64,000 bases of DNA from NCBI RefSeq assembly GCF_009914755.1, contig NC_060939.1; one strand, given 5' to 3'. Position numbers and translations under genes: made by a program. How positions within the stretch are numbered: position 1 is the first letter of the stretch; every line of letters begins with the position of its first letter. This document shows, piece by piece, positions 41,489-56,778 of the stretch. Source of the stretch: the human T2T-CHM13v2.0 reference genome, Homo sapiens. The notes below the pieces were generated by a model. It did no database searches, had not been told where the DNA came from, and saw only the letters and a program-made list of their open reading frames with translations.

Positions 41489-41526
41489 ATGGGCTTGCGA
41501 TATTCGGGGTGCTTGGGCAGCCATGT
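41489..41526 (+). CDS. AKAP13: Candidate coding part of an alternative internal first exon of AKAP13: MGLRYSGCLGSH(V), phase 2, in frame with exon 6
   Basis: Strong Kozak gaggATGG, donor CATGT|gtgagt, 38 nt (phase 2) matching exon 6; non-repetitive, locally CpG-containing context. Inferred, no transcript evidence. Confidence 0.55.
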
Positions 41527-42239
41527 GTGAGTATCAGCTTCCAGACCAATGCTTTGTTAATCTTCATTGTTTATTCTCTGACATTTTCTCTGGCTTTTTG
41601 CTGTAACTCAACCTGAAGCATCATTGAACTTCCCTGAAGGACTTGTGTTGTTAGGATCAGAAAAGTGTTCTTCTCTGCAGTTAAGTTAATTTGACTGGGT
41701 TTTCTATGTATGTTAGCATAAAACCCCATTGTTTTCTTGCGCATGCTAGGCAAGGTAAGAAGGCAGAGACTGATTGGTTGTTGATTATTGCATGGCAGGT
41801 AGAATGCTAGAAAATTAGTTGAAACTCATCCTGGGCTTATTGAATTTTGTAACTGTGGACACTTGGTTTGGATGCTGTAACCTTATCTCTGAGAAATGGC
41901 TTCTAATTTGTGTTATTTTGCATTTGAAAAACTTGCTATGGATTTTATAAAACTTATAACAAAAACCCTAATATACTTTATTAGCTTCTGATAAATATTA
42001 CATCAGACATCCAGTTAGTATAATTTGAATGTGGTTTGAAACTTTTTTAGAGGTAGGTTTCGTTGTGGGTAGTGGAAGGAGGCACATAAGTTTTAGAGTT
42101 AGCTCTGAGTACAGATTGTGGCCGTTTCACTTACAGCTGTGAATTCTTGGGGAAATTATTCATTAAGTCTCAGTTTCCACACATGCAACATGGAAATACA
42201 CTGATACCTGCCTCAGAGTTTTTGTGAGGATTAAAAGTA

Positions 42240-42508
42240 AATAATAAACCAACAACATAGTCATTTTATTATCGCTATCAAATATGTACCGTACATAATT
42301 TTATGTGCTATACTTTTATATGACTGGCAGCACAGTAGGTTTGCTTTCACCAGTATCACTGCAGATATGCAGTGCATTACAACATTATGACAGCCGTAAC
42401 ATCATTGAGTGATAGGAATTTTCCAGCTGCATTATAATCTTACTGGACCATCATTCCATATATGGTCTATCATAGACTGAAACATGGCTAAGTGGCACAT
42501 GACTGTAG
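42240..42508 (+). mobile_element. Tigger3-type right-end fragment
   Basis: tatatgactggcagcacagtaggtttg...cattataatctta...cacatgactgta. Confidence 0.7.
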
Positions 42509-42589
42509 TAAATATTGTTAGCATCCTTCTTTTGTTTTGTCATTTTTGCCTTCCTCCCCCTAGTGTTTTCTCACCCCTCCAAGAATAAA

Positions 42590-42920
42590 ATCCTAGTTCC
42601 TACCAGGACTCACAAAGCTCTGTGAAATCTGAACCTGGTGCAACTCTTGAGACTTCATTTCATAACATTTTTCTCATTCCCATAGCTCTGTCTGCACAGC
42701 TACACTGGCTGTAACCTCCCTGGCCAGCTCATTGCCACCTCAGGATCTTTGTACTTGCTGTACACATTGCCTGATGTTCTTGTTCCCTAACTCTGCATGC
42801 TGGCTCTTTCATACCACTCAGGTCAGTTGTTAGGTCACCTCCTCAGAAAGCTCTTCAGAAGAAGCCGCCATTTCCAGTCGAAGACATTTTCTACCATAAG
42901 CACCTGTTTTATTTTCCTTA
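42590..42920 (-). mobile_element. L2 fragment
   Basis: ccacctcaggatctttgtacttgctg, gtcacctcctcagaaag. Confidence 0.55.
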
Positions 42921-43494
42921 AGTGAAGATTTGGATTTGCGTTTTAGAATACATACAGAGTAAATAAAAATTCTCTACACAATTTTGCTGTAAACGTCTTC
43001 TGGGATTTTTGTGTATACACTTCCTTTTAGAGAATATGTGCATTTGAAGTGGTTTTGTTGTTTAAGGTGTGAGTGTTCAGTCGAATACCTCTTAGTGCCA
43101 TTTTAAAATGTGATCTAAAGAAACATTTTGCTTTTATCTTTTCTTTCTGCTCATTAATCCACATAAATTACTACACTAAATTGATTTAGAATAAACAGAT
43201 TGCTTGGAATTAATTTTAAAATTTATTTTTTAGCCCTCATTTCAGCCCTTAGCTCTGTGAAGCCTTGGTTGATTTGCCTAAACGCTATCTATCTGCAGAA
43301 CCTTGGCCTTGTTACTTGGAAGATTAAATAAGATATTTATGATGAAAATGCTCTGAAAAACTGAATACAGCTTTTTACAATCGTTTTATATTTATTATGT
43401 ACTGTGATTTGTTCCTGATATTTCACATTTGATTCAGGGAAATCATTTCAACAAATTATAGAGCTTCTTTTGTTGTCGTTTTTGTTAGGTGTGG

Positions 43495-43790
43495 TTTTTT
43501 TTGTGTTTTGTTGTTTGTTTTGAGATAAGGTCTCATTCTGTTGCCCAGGTTGGAGTGCAGTGGCCCAGTCATGGCTCACTGTAGCCTCGACATCCTACCT
43601 CAACTTCCGCAGTAGCTGAGACTACAGGCACGCACCACCACTAACTAACGCACCTGGCTAACTTTTGAAAATTTTGTGTAGAGATGAGGTCTTGTATGTT
43701 GCCCAGGCTGATCTCAAACTCCTGGACTCAAGTGATTTGCCTGCCTCAGCCTCCTAAAATGCTGGATTACAGGCATGAGCCCCCATGCCC
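43495..43790 (-). mobile_element. Alu (AluJ-like)
   Basis: Diverged Alu. Confidence 0.88.
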
Positions 43791-45361
43791 ACACGACAGA
43801 ACCTCTTTAGAACATGACTGTTAAAGCTGATATTTGGATACTTTTGATTTTAATAGCAATAACAACAATAATAAAGACTGGGTGGGACTGAACTTTTAAA
43901 ATACTCTTGCTATTGTTCAGTTGGTTTTCAGCTTTGCTCAGGCCTATATGAAGTTTACCTTTGGGAGAAAATGAAACCTTGTCCAATGGGTCTATAGCTT
44001 ATACCACATGCCGTATTCCTATCTATGCTATGCCTCTTATCTCTTCTGCCAGTAGTTTTTCTCCCCAGAATCTGTGCACATTAAATTTCATTTTTCCAGT
44101 AGTTCATTTTTAGAATCTTTGCTTCAGTGATGAATTGAAAAGTTAAAAAAAATCTGATCGCTTGTAAGTAATTTGAGAAGTTCTCTGACCCACCTTACCT
44201 GTTTATTGTGCAGTGCTATTATGAGGGAGAGTAAATCAATGTTATATGTTTCTGCAAAAGCAGCAAATTACAGGAGAAACATGAGAAAAGTCACATCTAG
44301 TTTGTCCAAAAGACATTATCTCTTTATGAGGACCTATTTTATTAATGTAACTGTTTTTAAATAGGATTAATCAACTTTAATTATAACTTATGAAAAGTGC
44401 CGAATCAGGTCAGTGGGCTATATAAAAATACGCAAGGTCATTAGAAGCTTATTGGACTTGTTGAGTATGGGTTCTTTTCTTGAATTTTAGTGATGATAAC
44501 CTCACACATAGTTAAGTGAACTTCGTGCCTGAAGATGGGGGTCCTGCCTAGACAAATGAGCAAAAATGTGTCTTTTTTCCTGAACTGGAAAAGCTAGTTT
44601 ACAGAGTGATGACTTCTTTGTGATTAAAGTTACCAGTTTCTGTAAGTATGGAACACATCGCTTCTCCATTAAGTTGGAAGCTTGTTAATCAGCTGATTTT
44701 AACGTTCACCATTACACTGGAGTTTTGGGTTCATATTTAGTTCTTAATCTTTCTATCATGTTTAAGTTTCTCATGATCTTCAGAAATAAAACTGGAAGAA
44801 ATGGATGTGCATTCCTTTCTCTCCTGATTCTGTTATTTAAATTGGTAATCCTACAGGGTTTCTGTTTGATTTTGTTTTGTGTTTTTGCCCCACGAGAAAG
44901 CTAAAGAAACTTTTTGACATTTTAAAGATGAGTGTGTACTCCTCCCTTCCCTTTCCCCTCCCTCCTCCTCCTCCCTCCCTTTGCCGTCCCCTCCCCCTCA
45001 TTTCTTGGAAATTTGACTTTTTTTTCTGTCATCGGTTTGAAATTACTTTCTTCAGTTATATCATTCTTTCCAAGTTTCAGCTTATTTTGTAAGCAATTCT
45101 CTTTTTTCCTGTTCTCATTACCACTGTTGTTGATCTTGGTCAACAGTGGTAATGTTCTCGCTTTGAAAATAATTTTCAGGGGCCTGTGTTTCTCAGCCTC
45201 ACTAAGTGGCGTGAAGCACTGGTTAAACAGAAGACAGTTAAGTAGCTAGTAAGCCAATAACTGTCATGGAATAGACAGAGACAACACAAGTTCTGACATA
45301 GATCAACCTAGTTTGTGTATAAATACAAATTTAAATAATATTTAAATAGAAATCTCTATTT

Positions 45362-45883
45362 CAGTGGTCCCCAATTTTTTTTGGCACCAGGGACTGGTTT
45401 TGTGGAAGACAGTTTTTTCATGGACCTGTGGGAGGAGGGGATGTGATGGTTGAGGGGATGATTCAAGCGCATTACATTTATCATGCACTTTATTTCTGTT
45501 ATTACTGCACTGTAATATATAATGAAATAATTATACAACTCACCATAATGTAGAGTTAGTGGGAGCCCTGAGCTTGTTTTCCTGCAGCTAAACAGTCCCA
45601 TCAGGGGGTGATGGGAGACAGTGACAGATCATCAAACATTAGATTCACATAAGGAGCCTAGATCCCTCACATACGCAGTTCACGATAGGGTTCACGCTCC
45701 TGTGAGAATCTAGTGCCACCGTTGATCCGACAGGAGGCGGAATTCAGGTGGTAATGCAAGCAGTGGGGAGCAGCTGTAAATACAGATGAAGCTTCACTCT
45801 CTAGCCTGCACTTACTTCCTACTGTGTGGCCTAACACGCCATAGACTGGTACTGGTTTGTGGCATGGGAGTTGGGGACCCCTG
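45362..45883 (+). mobile_element. MER1A (hAT-Charlie)
   Basis: TIRs cagtggtcccca ... tggggacccctg; about 520 bp; TSD ctctattt/ctttattt. Confidence 0.85.
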
Positions 45884-46214
45884 CTTTATTTAATCACTTA
45901 TAACTTATAATCACTTAGATGCTCTAAGTCATCTGGGGGGTGAGAAGGTTGGAAAAGAAAAAGTACATTAGTGAGTGAGTAAAGATTATCTGGGATTGTT
46001 TCTTAGATGAGGATCTATTTGATGTTGGTGTTGGTCTACTGTGAACTAAATATAACTGCATTGGAGCCTAAGCGCAGATGTCTGCGTCATGGTTTATTAC
46101 TCCTGTGTTCGTTTCAAGGAGCTCCTGTGATACCTGCTGTCTCCACCTAAAAAAAAAAAAAAAAAAAAAAAAAAACAGTAAAAATAAAATAATCAATTAA
46201 TTCTTCCTCTTGCT

Positions 46215-46464
46215 GGTCTGTCACTCAGTCTAGAGTGCTGTGGTGAGACCATAGCTCACTGCAGCCTTGACCACTCGCCTCAGCCTCCCATGTAGCTAGG
46301 ACTACAGGTGTGCACCACCAGGCCGGGCTAATTTTTTTTTGCAGAGAGTGGGGGTGGTCTCCCTGTTTTGCCCAGCCTGGTCTTGAACTCTTAGCCTCAA
46401 GCAATCTTCTCACCTCAGCCTCCCAAAGTGCTGGGAACACAGGTGTGAGTCACTGCACCCAGCC
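46215..46464 (-). mobile_element. Alu (AluJ-like), partly deleted, no tail
   Basis: Diverged Alu. Confidence 0.85.
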
Positions 46465-46945
46465 TATTTATTTATTTTTAATAATTAAGTTGTACATAAT
46501 AATATTCATGATGCACCTGCATAAGACAGGTTTATTTTATTATCAGATATTACCTCCCATATTGTATGGAATTTTTAATAACAGTTGTAGCTGATGCTCC
46601 ATTTTGTAGTCTGATAGTTTCACTTTGTCATATTTTTATCTATTTCTATGGTCTTTATAAATATTTTTGAGGCCCTCTTTTATTATGAGTAAATTATTCA
46701 ACTAATATTGAATATCAATTTCTGATTTTTAAAAAAATTAAAACTAGTGAGTGCTAGAGTGAGCCTTATCTTTTACCTACTGATTTTTTGCTTCTGTTAA
46801 ATTATTTCCTTAGGCTAAATTTCAAGGAATTGTATAATTAGGTCAAAGGAAATGATGTTTGCAACTCCCATATTCATTGCAATGTGGCCAGTATTAACTC
46901 TGCTTTTCTTTTTTAAGTAACTGCCACCTGTAGGTTACTTTAATG

Positions 46946-47477
<532 letters not shown>

Positions 47478-48256
47478 TGATTTATTTGTTGAATCAGGTT
47501 GGTGGCTTAAATCTGATTCAGTAAGAGGAACCAACTAAATACTTTGATCACATCAATAAATTTATACGTCTGTCTAGTATAAAATTGATTTAACTTTAAT
47601 TTTTACTAATCTTGTGAATGTTGGTATATTAGATATCGATGCATCTATAACTAATACAGTGGCAGTATGCTGAAAATCACTTTTTTCGAGATCTTGAAAC
47701 CAGTACAGTAAGGTAGGACTAAAAAATACAACTTTGGCTATTGGAGTGATGTAGTATTCCAGAAGTTATGGACTCATTGAGAAAGGGAGTGAAGTAGCCC
47801 CTCAGGATGAAAAGCAAGAGAAAAATGACCATAGACGCCATGGACTACTAACTTCTGTACCCATATCCATAGTACGCAATGATCTAGAACTTGCACACTA
47901 GTCTCTCAAAATGTGTATTTTTAAAATTATTTATATTTTTAGTTTCGTCTGTCTGCATTCTCTGCTACAAAATAGGCAGCAGAGGTAGGTTTGTGTTTTG
48001 GTTTAGATTGTTGATCCAAATGCTGGCTGGCTCCATTACTTAGTAGCTGTTAGGCAAGTTACTACATTTCTCACAACTTCAGTTTCCTGACCTGCAAATT
48101 ACGGTAATAATATTCTCCTTCACAGAATGATTACGAGAGTAAATGAGATGATGTGTACCAAATGCACAGTTCAATATCTGATACATTGTTAAGCAGTTGA
48201 TAAATATTAACAATAAAAGGAAGTGGTTATGTTGTGGAAATAGAAACCAGTATTTA

Positions 48257-48635
<379 letters not shown>

Positions 48636-48646
48636 TTAATCCTTGA

Positions 48647-49066
<420 letters not shown>

Positions 49067-50234
49067 TAGAAGCGAAATAATTTGTCTTAGATCAGACCAT
49101 GGTATAAATGGGATTCTACTCAGACTTTAGCACCTGTACTTTTCCCATACCACACTATGATTTAGCCTCTAGGGAAGTCTCAGTTGAACATAATTAGATG
49201 AATTTGTAGTGAATTGGTATTTTTTTCCTCGTAGGAAAAGGTAGGTTGGTGTCAATTTTGTGAACAATATGGTGAGCAATGTGGGCATGCCATTTTCCAG
49301 CCTGTCGGAATCAATATTGTCCTTCATTTGAGTAGAATGTGCTTGTTTTTTTTTTTTTTTTTTTTTTTTTAAAGACGGAGAATGAGAATTTGGGCTAGGC
49401 AGTTTGTCCAACATTTTGTCAGTCTCTTCAACGCTCACTATTCTGTTGATCAATGTAGCAGATGGTGGACTTTGGAACTTTTTATCAGAGAATGTGTGTT
49501 GAGAAATGTTCTACTTGGAAGGAACATTCCTTTGACTCATAAAAAAATTTTTCTCTTAAAGACCTCTTTGCTCCTTGTTGCCTTCAAATTACCCTGAATA
49601 CTTCCTGCTGTGGGCACCGCATGAACTGTTCCTACAAAAGCCAGCCCTTTCCACTTAAAGTAGTGCAGCATTATATAAGGGGGAGAGCACAGGCTTTGGG
49701 AGCAGCCCAACCTGGATTCAAATCTATTACTTGTTAGCAATGTGCTAAGTAAGAGGGTGCTAATATTTATTGACTGCCTACTGTGTGCCAGGCATTATTA
49801 AATAATTTATTTACTATCCTCATTAATTTCCACAACAACTTTCTTTGCTTTTTCACAGCAACCTTTTAAAAGGACTGTTACATTTTTTATAGGTCAAGAT
49901 GCATGCTCAAAGAGGTTAAGTATCTAGCTCAAGTTCTCACTTCTTGTAAGTGGTAAAGTTTGATTTTGAACTGAGGTTTATCAAACTGCTAATGTATGTG
50001 GTATACCTTGAACAAATATGTTAATATTTCTGTTCTCAATTTCCTCATCTCTGAAACCGGAATACTACCACTTTGAAGGACTGATAAGAGGATTAAATTA
50101 GTGTACTTAAAATTTTCTGTCAGTATCTGTTTAAGTAGATACTCAAATAATACTAGTTTCTTCCCTACCTTTAGTAAGTAATAATAACAGAAGAATGAAG
50201 CAATTTTCACCTCTGCCTTTATTAAAATGTTTTA

Positions 50235-50650
50235 CATTTAACTTTGTATTTTGAAAAATTTTGAACTCAGAAAAGATGCAAGAAACGTGCAATGAACTCC
50301 TATATATCCTTCATCCAAATTCTCCGATTCTTAACATTGGTTACATTTGCTTTATCTGTGTGTGTATACATATACATATATAGAATTTTACTGAAGTCTT
50401 TGAGAGTAAGTTGCAGAATCATGACCTTCTGTTCCTAAATATTTCAGCATATATTTCCTAAGAACAAGGACAGTCAATACAGTAACAGTGCATTTATCAA
50501 AATTAGTAATTTATCATTAATACAATAATCTAATATGTAGTAGTTTATATTCTACTTTTCACCATCTGCTTAATAGTGTTCTTTTAAGTATTTTTCCTCC
50601 TGATCTGGATCACACACTGGATTTAGTTGTCATGTTTAGTCTCCTTTGCC
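50235..50650 (-). mobile_element. Old L1M 3' fragment
   Basis: ttgagagtaagttgcaga, tttcctaagaacaaggaca, tttagttgtcatgt. Confidence 0.6.
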
Positions 50651-52642
50651 ACCTGTGCCTTTTGAGCCATTACTGCCACTACATTGGGTTGTATTAGAAT
50701 TACTTCCTTAGATTATCTGTCTCTTCAGAGAGTGATGATCTCAAACCATCTTAAACGTTGTGAGTAAAAGAGAAGAATATTTGTACTCTTCTGCCCTGGA
50801 GTGAAATCCCAACAAATACTTGAGTAACTGTGTATGTCAAGAGATTGTGCTGAGTGGTGGAGATCAGCAGGTCAGGAGATACACGGTCCTGGTTCTCAAT
50901 GGGGCTTCCAGATGAGTAAGATTGTTATAGTGCAGTTCAGCAAGTCTTGCTGAGCTCACAAGAGAGACTGCTCCTGGAAGTGTGCTGGAAACTAGATACA
51001 ATTCAGGGCTCCCAAAGGATGTTTAAAAACAATATTAATTACCTCATGACAGGAAGATTGAAAATTTCAAGGTAATCATATTGTCAGCTTTTCATATCTT
51101 AAAGTCTGTTTTGAAATCGGGTTGAATGTGAAAATCTAAGAGACTTTAACACTGTCTGATGTAGTAGTAATGAAACAATGCCTGTACTGCATCATTGCCA
51201 CAATTGGTGGTAAAGTACCATTTCGTTTATTCAGGGTGATAGTTTCCTCATTGGAATTAAAAAAAAAAATCAGAAGGCAGTAGAAATCTCTATGGACCTT
51301 CCTGCAGTATTTATATTCGTTCATCTACAGATCTTTCTTTCACTTGTTTTTTGTCTGGTTTTTTAAAGTGTCAGCTGAGGCTATGGTGCCTCTTAATTCA
51401 CCAACTGAAACAACCAGAATTTCTAGTGCATTTGGTTATGCTTTCCTGTCCTGCAAGGCCTGATTTGGTTACAATATAATCTTTGTTCACATTTTTCAAG
51501 GTAAATTTTAGATACCCAGCCATAGTCCTCTTTATGGCAGAAACACAAGGCTGACGGACAACTTAATTACCAACTGTAGATGTAGGAAGGGCTTCCAGTC
51601 AAGAGAATGCTGAGTAGTTATTTTACAAGTCTAAAGGAGACTGAATGTGGAAGATGGATTTAAAATGGAAATGTGGTAGTAGTACATAAAGAAATTCTGT
51701 GCTAGAATTGTAGAGCATTCAGATACACCTAGGATTCTAGGTATGGGCCTCATAGTTCACCTAAGAAGGAGAGTGGACAGAGAGAGAGCAGGGCCTTGCC
51801 TTTCCTTCCCTCTACTGGTCCTGTCACACATAGCCACTCTATTTCTGCATATGATTTTATCTGAAAACATGCAGCTACTTAGAAGTTTGAAAACTAGTGT
51901 CTTAGTTGTATTTGTGAAATTGTACCAAGCCATGGTCTCTCAGGTTCCTTGCAGCTCTGTATAAAGCCTCTGAGCTGCTTTATTCACAGGTGTTTGCTGT
52001 CCATTGGTTGCATACTTTGGGAACATAGGTGCATGGTAACATTGGTGCATGGTAACATTAAGTTAGAGCATACTGTGAAGCAGATGATGTTGGAACTAAT
52101 GGTTCATGTGAACTATTTGTACTATCACTACCAGTGCTACAGAGAGACAATTCACTTTATTTATACTCTATTACAGTGTCTTCAAATGTTCATCTCAAAT
52201 CAGGTACATTTTGATCAATGCTGTTATACCATTTTATCATAATTTAATTTGCAACAGTTTTTTGCCTTAGTGGTACATAAGATGATGGTGCCTTTACAAG
52301 TAATAGCATCTTAATTTTGATGAAATATGCTATATTTAGTGCATAAGATGCCACACATATAAGGGTAAAACTCCTCATACATTCTTTCCTGCTTTTTTGC
52401 ATCTATGAAGGTGGCAATAACTTCAGTAAGCCAAACTGTGGCTAACAGTAATTAATATTGAGACATTAATGTTGAGACAGATGTCATGTATCTTTGTAGC
52501 TCTAGCCTCTAGCATAGTGCCTACCACTTAATAGGTGTTCAGTAAATGTTTCATTGAATGGTCTTTTAATATTAGTTTATGAGGCTAGACCATTAAAACA
52601 AAGTTTTAGTTGGGAGTAATTAGAAAAAAGAAAATAACTTAC

Positions 52643-52943
<301 letters not shown>

Positions 52944-53094
52944 GGAAATGACTGACTTTATTCAAGAGAAAAATAATTTGTACAAGTAAGGCAAGTAATC
53001 ATAGTATATTACTTAGATCACCTGTGTACAACATTTCTAGATGCATAGTAATGTAGATACTGAATACTGATCCTACCAAAATTGTAACTTTTAA

Positions 53095-53421
<327 letters not shown>

Positions 53422-53955
53422 ACAAGTGCGGTTTTGTTACATGGACATATTTTGTAGTAGTGGTGACTGTAGGCTTTTAGTATAACCATCACCTAAATAA
53501 TGTACCTTGTACCCATTAACAAAATTATAATTATTATGAAGAGAAAAGGACAAGCTGTGTGCATGTGCTTTTGGGGAAGAGGGGCAGACACTAAGCTAAA
53601 TACTCATTTTCTATGTTGAGAAGTCAGTTTGTAACCTCATTGGTCTCCATTCCCACATTCCTCTTCTGTGTGCATGTCCGGTTCTGCTTTGTGATGCTGT
53701 TGTTTGGAGATGTGTAGTTTTTATGTAACATGGCCCAAAAATGTTAGGCCAAGATTTTATTTGTTAACTGGCCAAAAAAAAGTGATAAAGAGAAATACTT
53801 TGTTTACTCGTATTTTTATATTATGTACCAACTTTGGATCTTAAACCCTCAGTAAAATGCAACTCCAGCAGACGCTGTCCCACACCTAATATGGAGCTTC
53901 TGTTCTAGTTAGAGAGCTGAGAAAAGTATATAAATACCTATTAAATAGCCCAAAG

Positions 53956-53957
<2 letters not shown>

Positions 53958-53999
<42 letters not shown>
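53958..53999. repeat. (GT)n microsatellite, about 21 units
   Basis: Visible. Confidence 0.95.
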
Positions 54000-54001
<2 letters not shown>

Positions 54002-54017
54002 TTTTTAAAGCCAGTAG

Positions 54018-54334
54018 AGACCAGGCGCAGTGGCTCACGCCTGTAATCCCAGCACTTTGGGAGACTGAGGCAGGCAGATTGCTTGAGGCAGGCAGATTCC
54101 TTAAGTCCAGGAGTTCACGACCAGCCTGGGCAACATGACAAAACCGTGTCTCTAGGAAAAATCCAAAAATTAGCTTGTATGGTGGTGCGTGCCTGTAGTC
54201 TCAGCTACTCAGGGGGCTGAAGTGGGAGGATCACTGGAGCCCCGGAGGTTGAGGCTGCAGTGAGCTGAGATTGCACCAGCACACTCCAGCATGAGTGACC
54301 CTCTATCAAAAAAAAAGAAAAAAGGAAAAAAAAA
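54018..54334 (+). mobile_element. Alu (AluJ-like) with 18-nt internal duplication
   Basis: gaggcaggcagatt occurs twice. Confidence 0.9.
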
Positions 54335-55456
54335 GTCACAAGAGAGTAATATAATAAGGAGGAGGGGAAAGATCCTATGTCCATAGAGAAAAGAATGGAA
54401 AAGCGATCAGTAAGCCAGACCGAAAGATGGGTGGGTTTTGGATAGTCTGGAATCCCTGGATGATGAGGTGTCTTTGAGGAATGCACATTTACAGTTTGGC
54501 TGCAGAATGGGGTATAAGAAGATTAATTGTGGCCGGAAAAGAACATCGGTGAATACGGAGAATGGTGATGGCCCGGCAGAAGAGTTGCTGGTGTGGCATG
54601 GCCTATAGAGGCACTGTGGTAGAGTGGAAAGAGATAGTATTCTGGCTCTGCTTATTAGCTGGGTGACCTTGGTCATGAAGTTCTGTGGCTCTTTGCTTTA
54701 TATATCTATACAGTAGAGATAGGATGCTTCGCAGAATTAAGATTATGATGAAGAGAGAAAGCCTAGGTGATACAGGCACACATGTATTTCACTCTCAATA
54801 CAAAAAGAACAACAAAAACGTTGTTTTGTTTTGTAGAACAGAGCTTTTGAGCAAAAGAATGATGTCACTATTGCTTTGAAACAGTTGTTTCTGATAGATT
54901 GGGGGGTAGTGAAGGCCCTAGGGTAATTGCCCCATAACAAGAGTGGCTGTAAGAGTCCAGGTAATTCAGTCAAAGTCTGAACTAGACCAGTGCCTGTAGG
55001 ATTTGAAATAAGGAGCTGAATGGGGGAAGCATTGCAAACACGAAGTCAACATGTTCAGAATGTTCTGAGCAAGGGAAGTGGTATTGCTAGGGATAACAGT
55101 GGTTTCATAAATGGAAATAGGTTTGGCATTGCTGCTGCTTTTGATTATGGAGTAACATAAAATTGAGGTTTGAAATTTGAAGGTGCCCATTAGACACCCT
55201 GGTAAAGACATTCATAAAGTAGTTGGAAGTGTTGGTGCAGAACTAAGAGAGACTTTGAGTCAAGAGAAAGAGATTGTGGGGGTGAATTGGGGCTGTGGGA
55301 AAGGATAGATGAAAGAAGAGGACTGAATGCAGAGAATTGATGTGTTCACCTCTAGGAGATGAGGAAGAGGAGCCAGGGAAAACAGTAGATGTATAGGATG
55401 GATTTTTGTGGATGGCAAATAAGAATACATTTTAAAAGAAGAATCAGATCAACATA

Positions 55457-56172
<716 letters not shown>

Positions 56173-56187
56173 TCAGAGTGAGTAGGA

Positions 56188-56595
<408 letters not shown>

Positions 56596-56605
56596 TCAGT
56601 GCGTT

Positions 56606-56778
56606 CAGCAGGATTTCTCGATGCCAGCACTACCGAGTTTGGGCCTGATAATTCTTTGTTGTAGGGAGCAGTCCTGTGCTTTGTAGGATCCCCTCCTACT
56701 CCTGAGTTGTGACAACCAAAGATGCCTCCAGTTATTGTCAAATGTCCCCTGGGGGCCATATTCCTTGGGTGAGAACTG
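56606..56778 (-). mobile_element. MER20
   Basis: gataattctttgttgt...gttgtgacaaccaaa...caaatgtcccctgggg. Confidence 0.75.
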
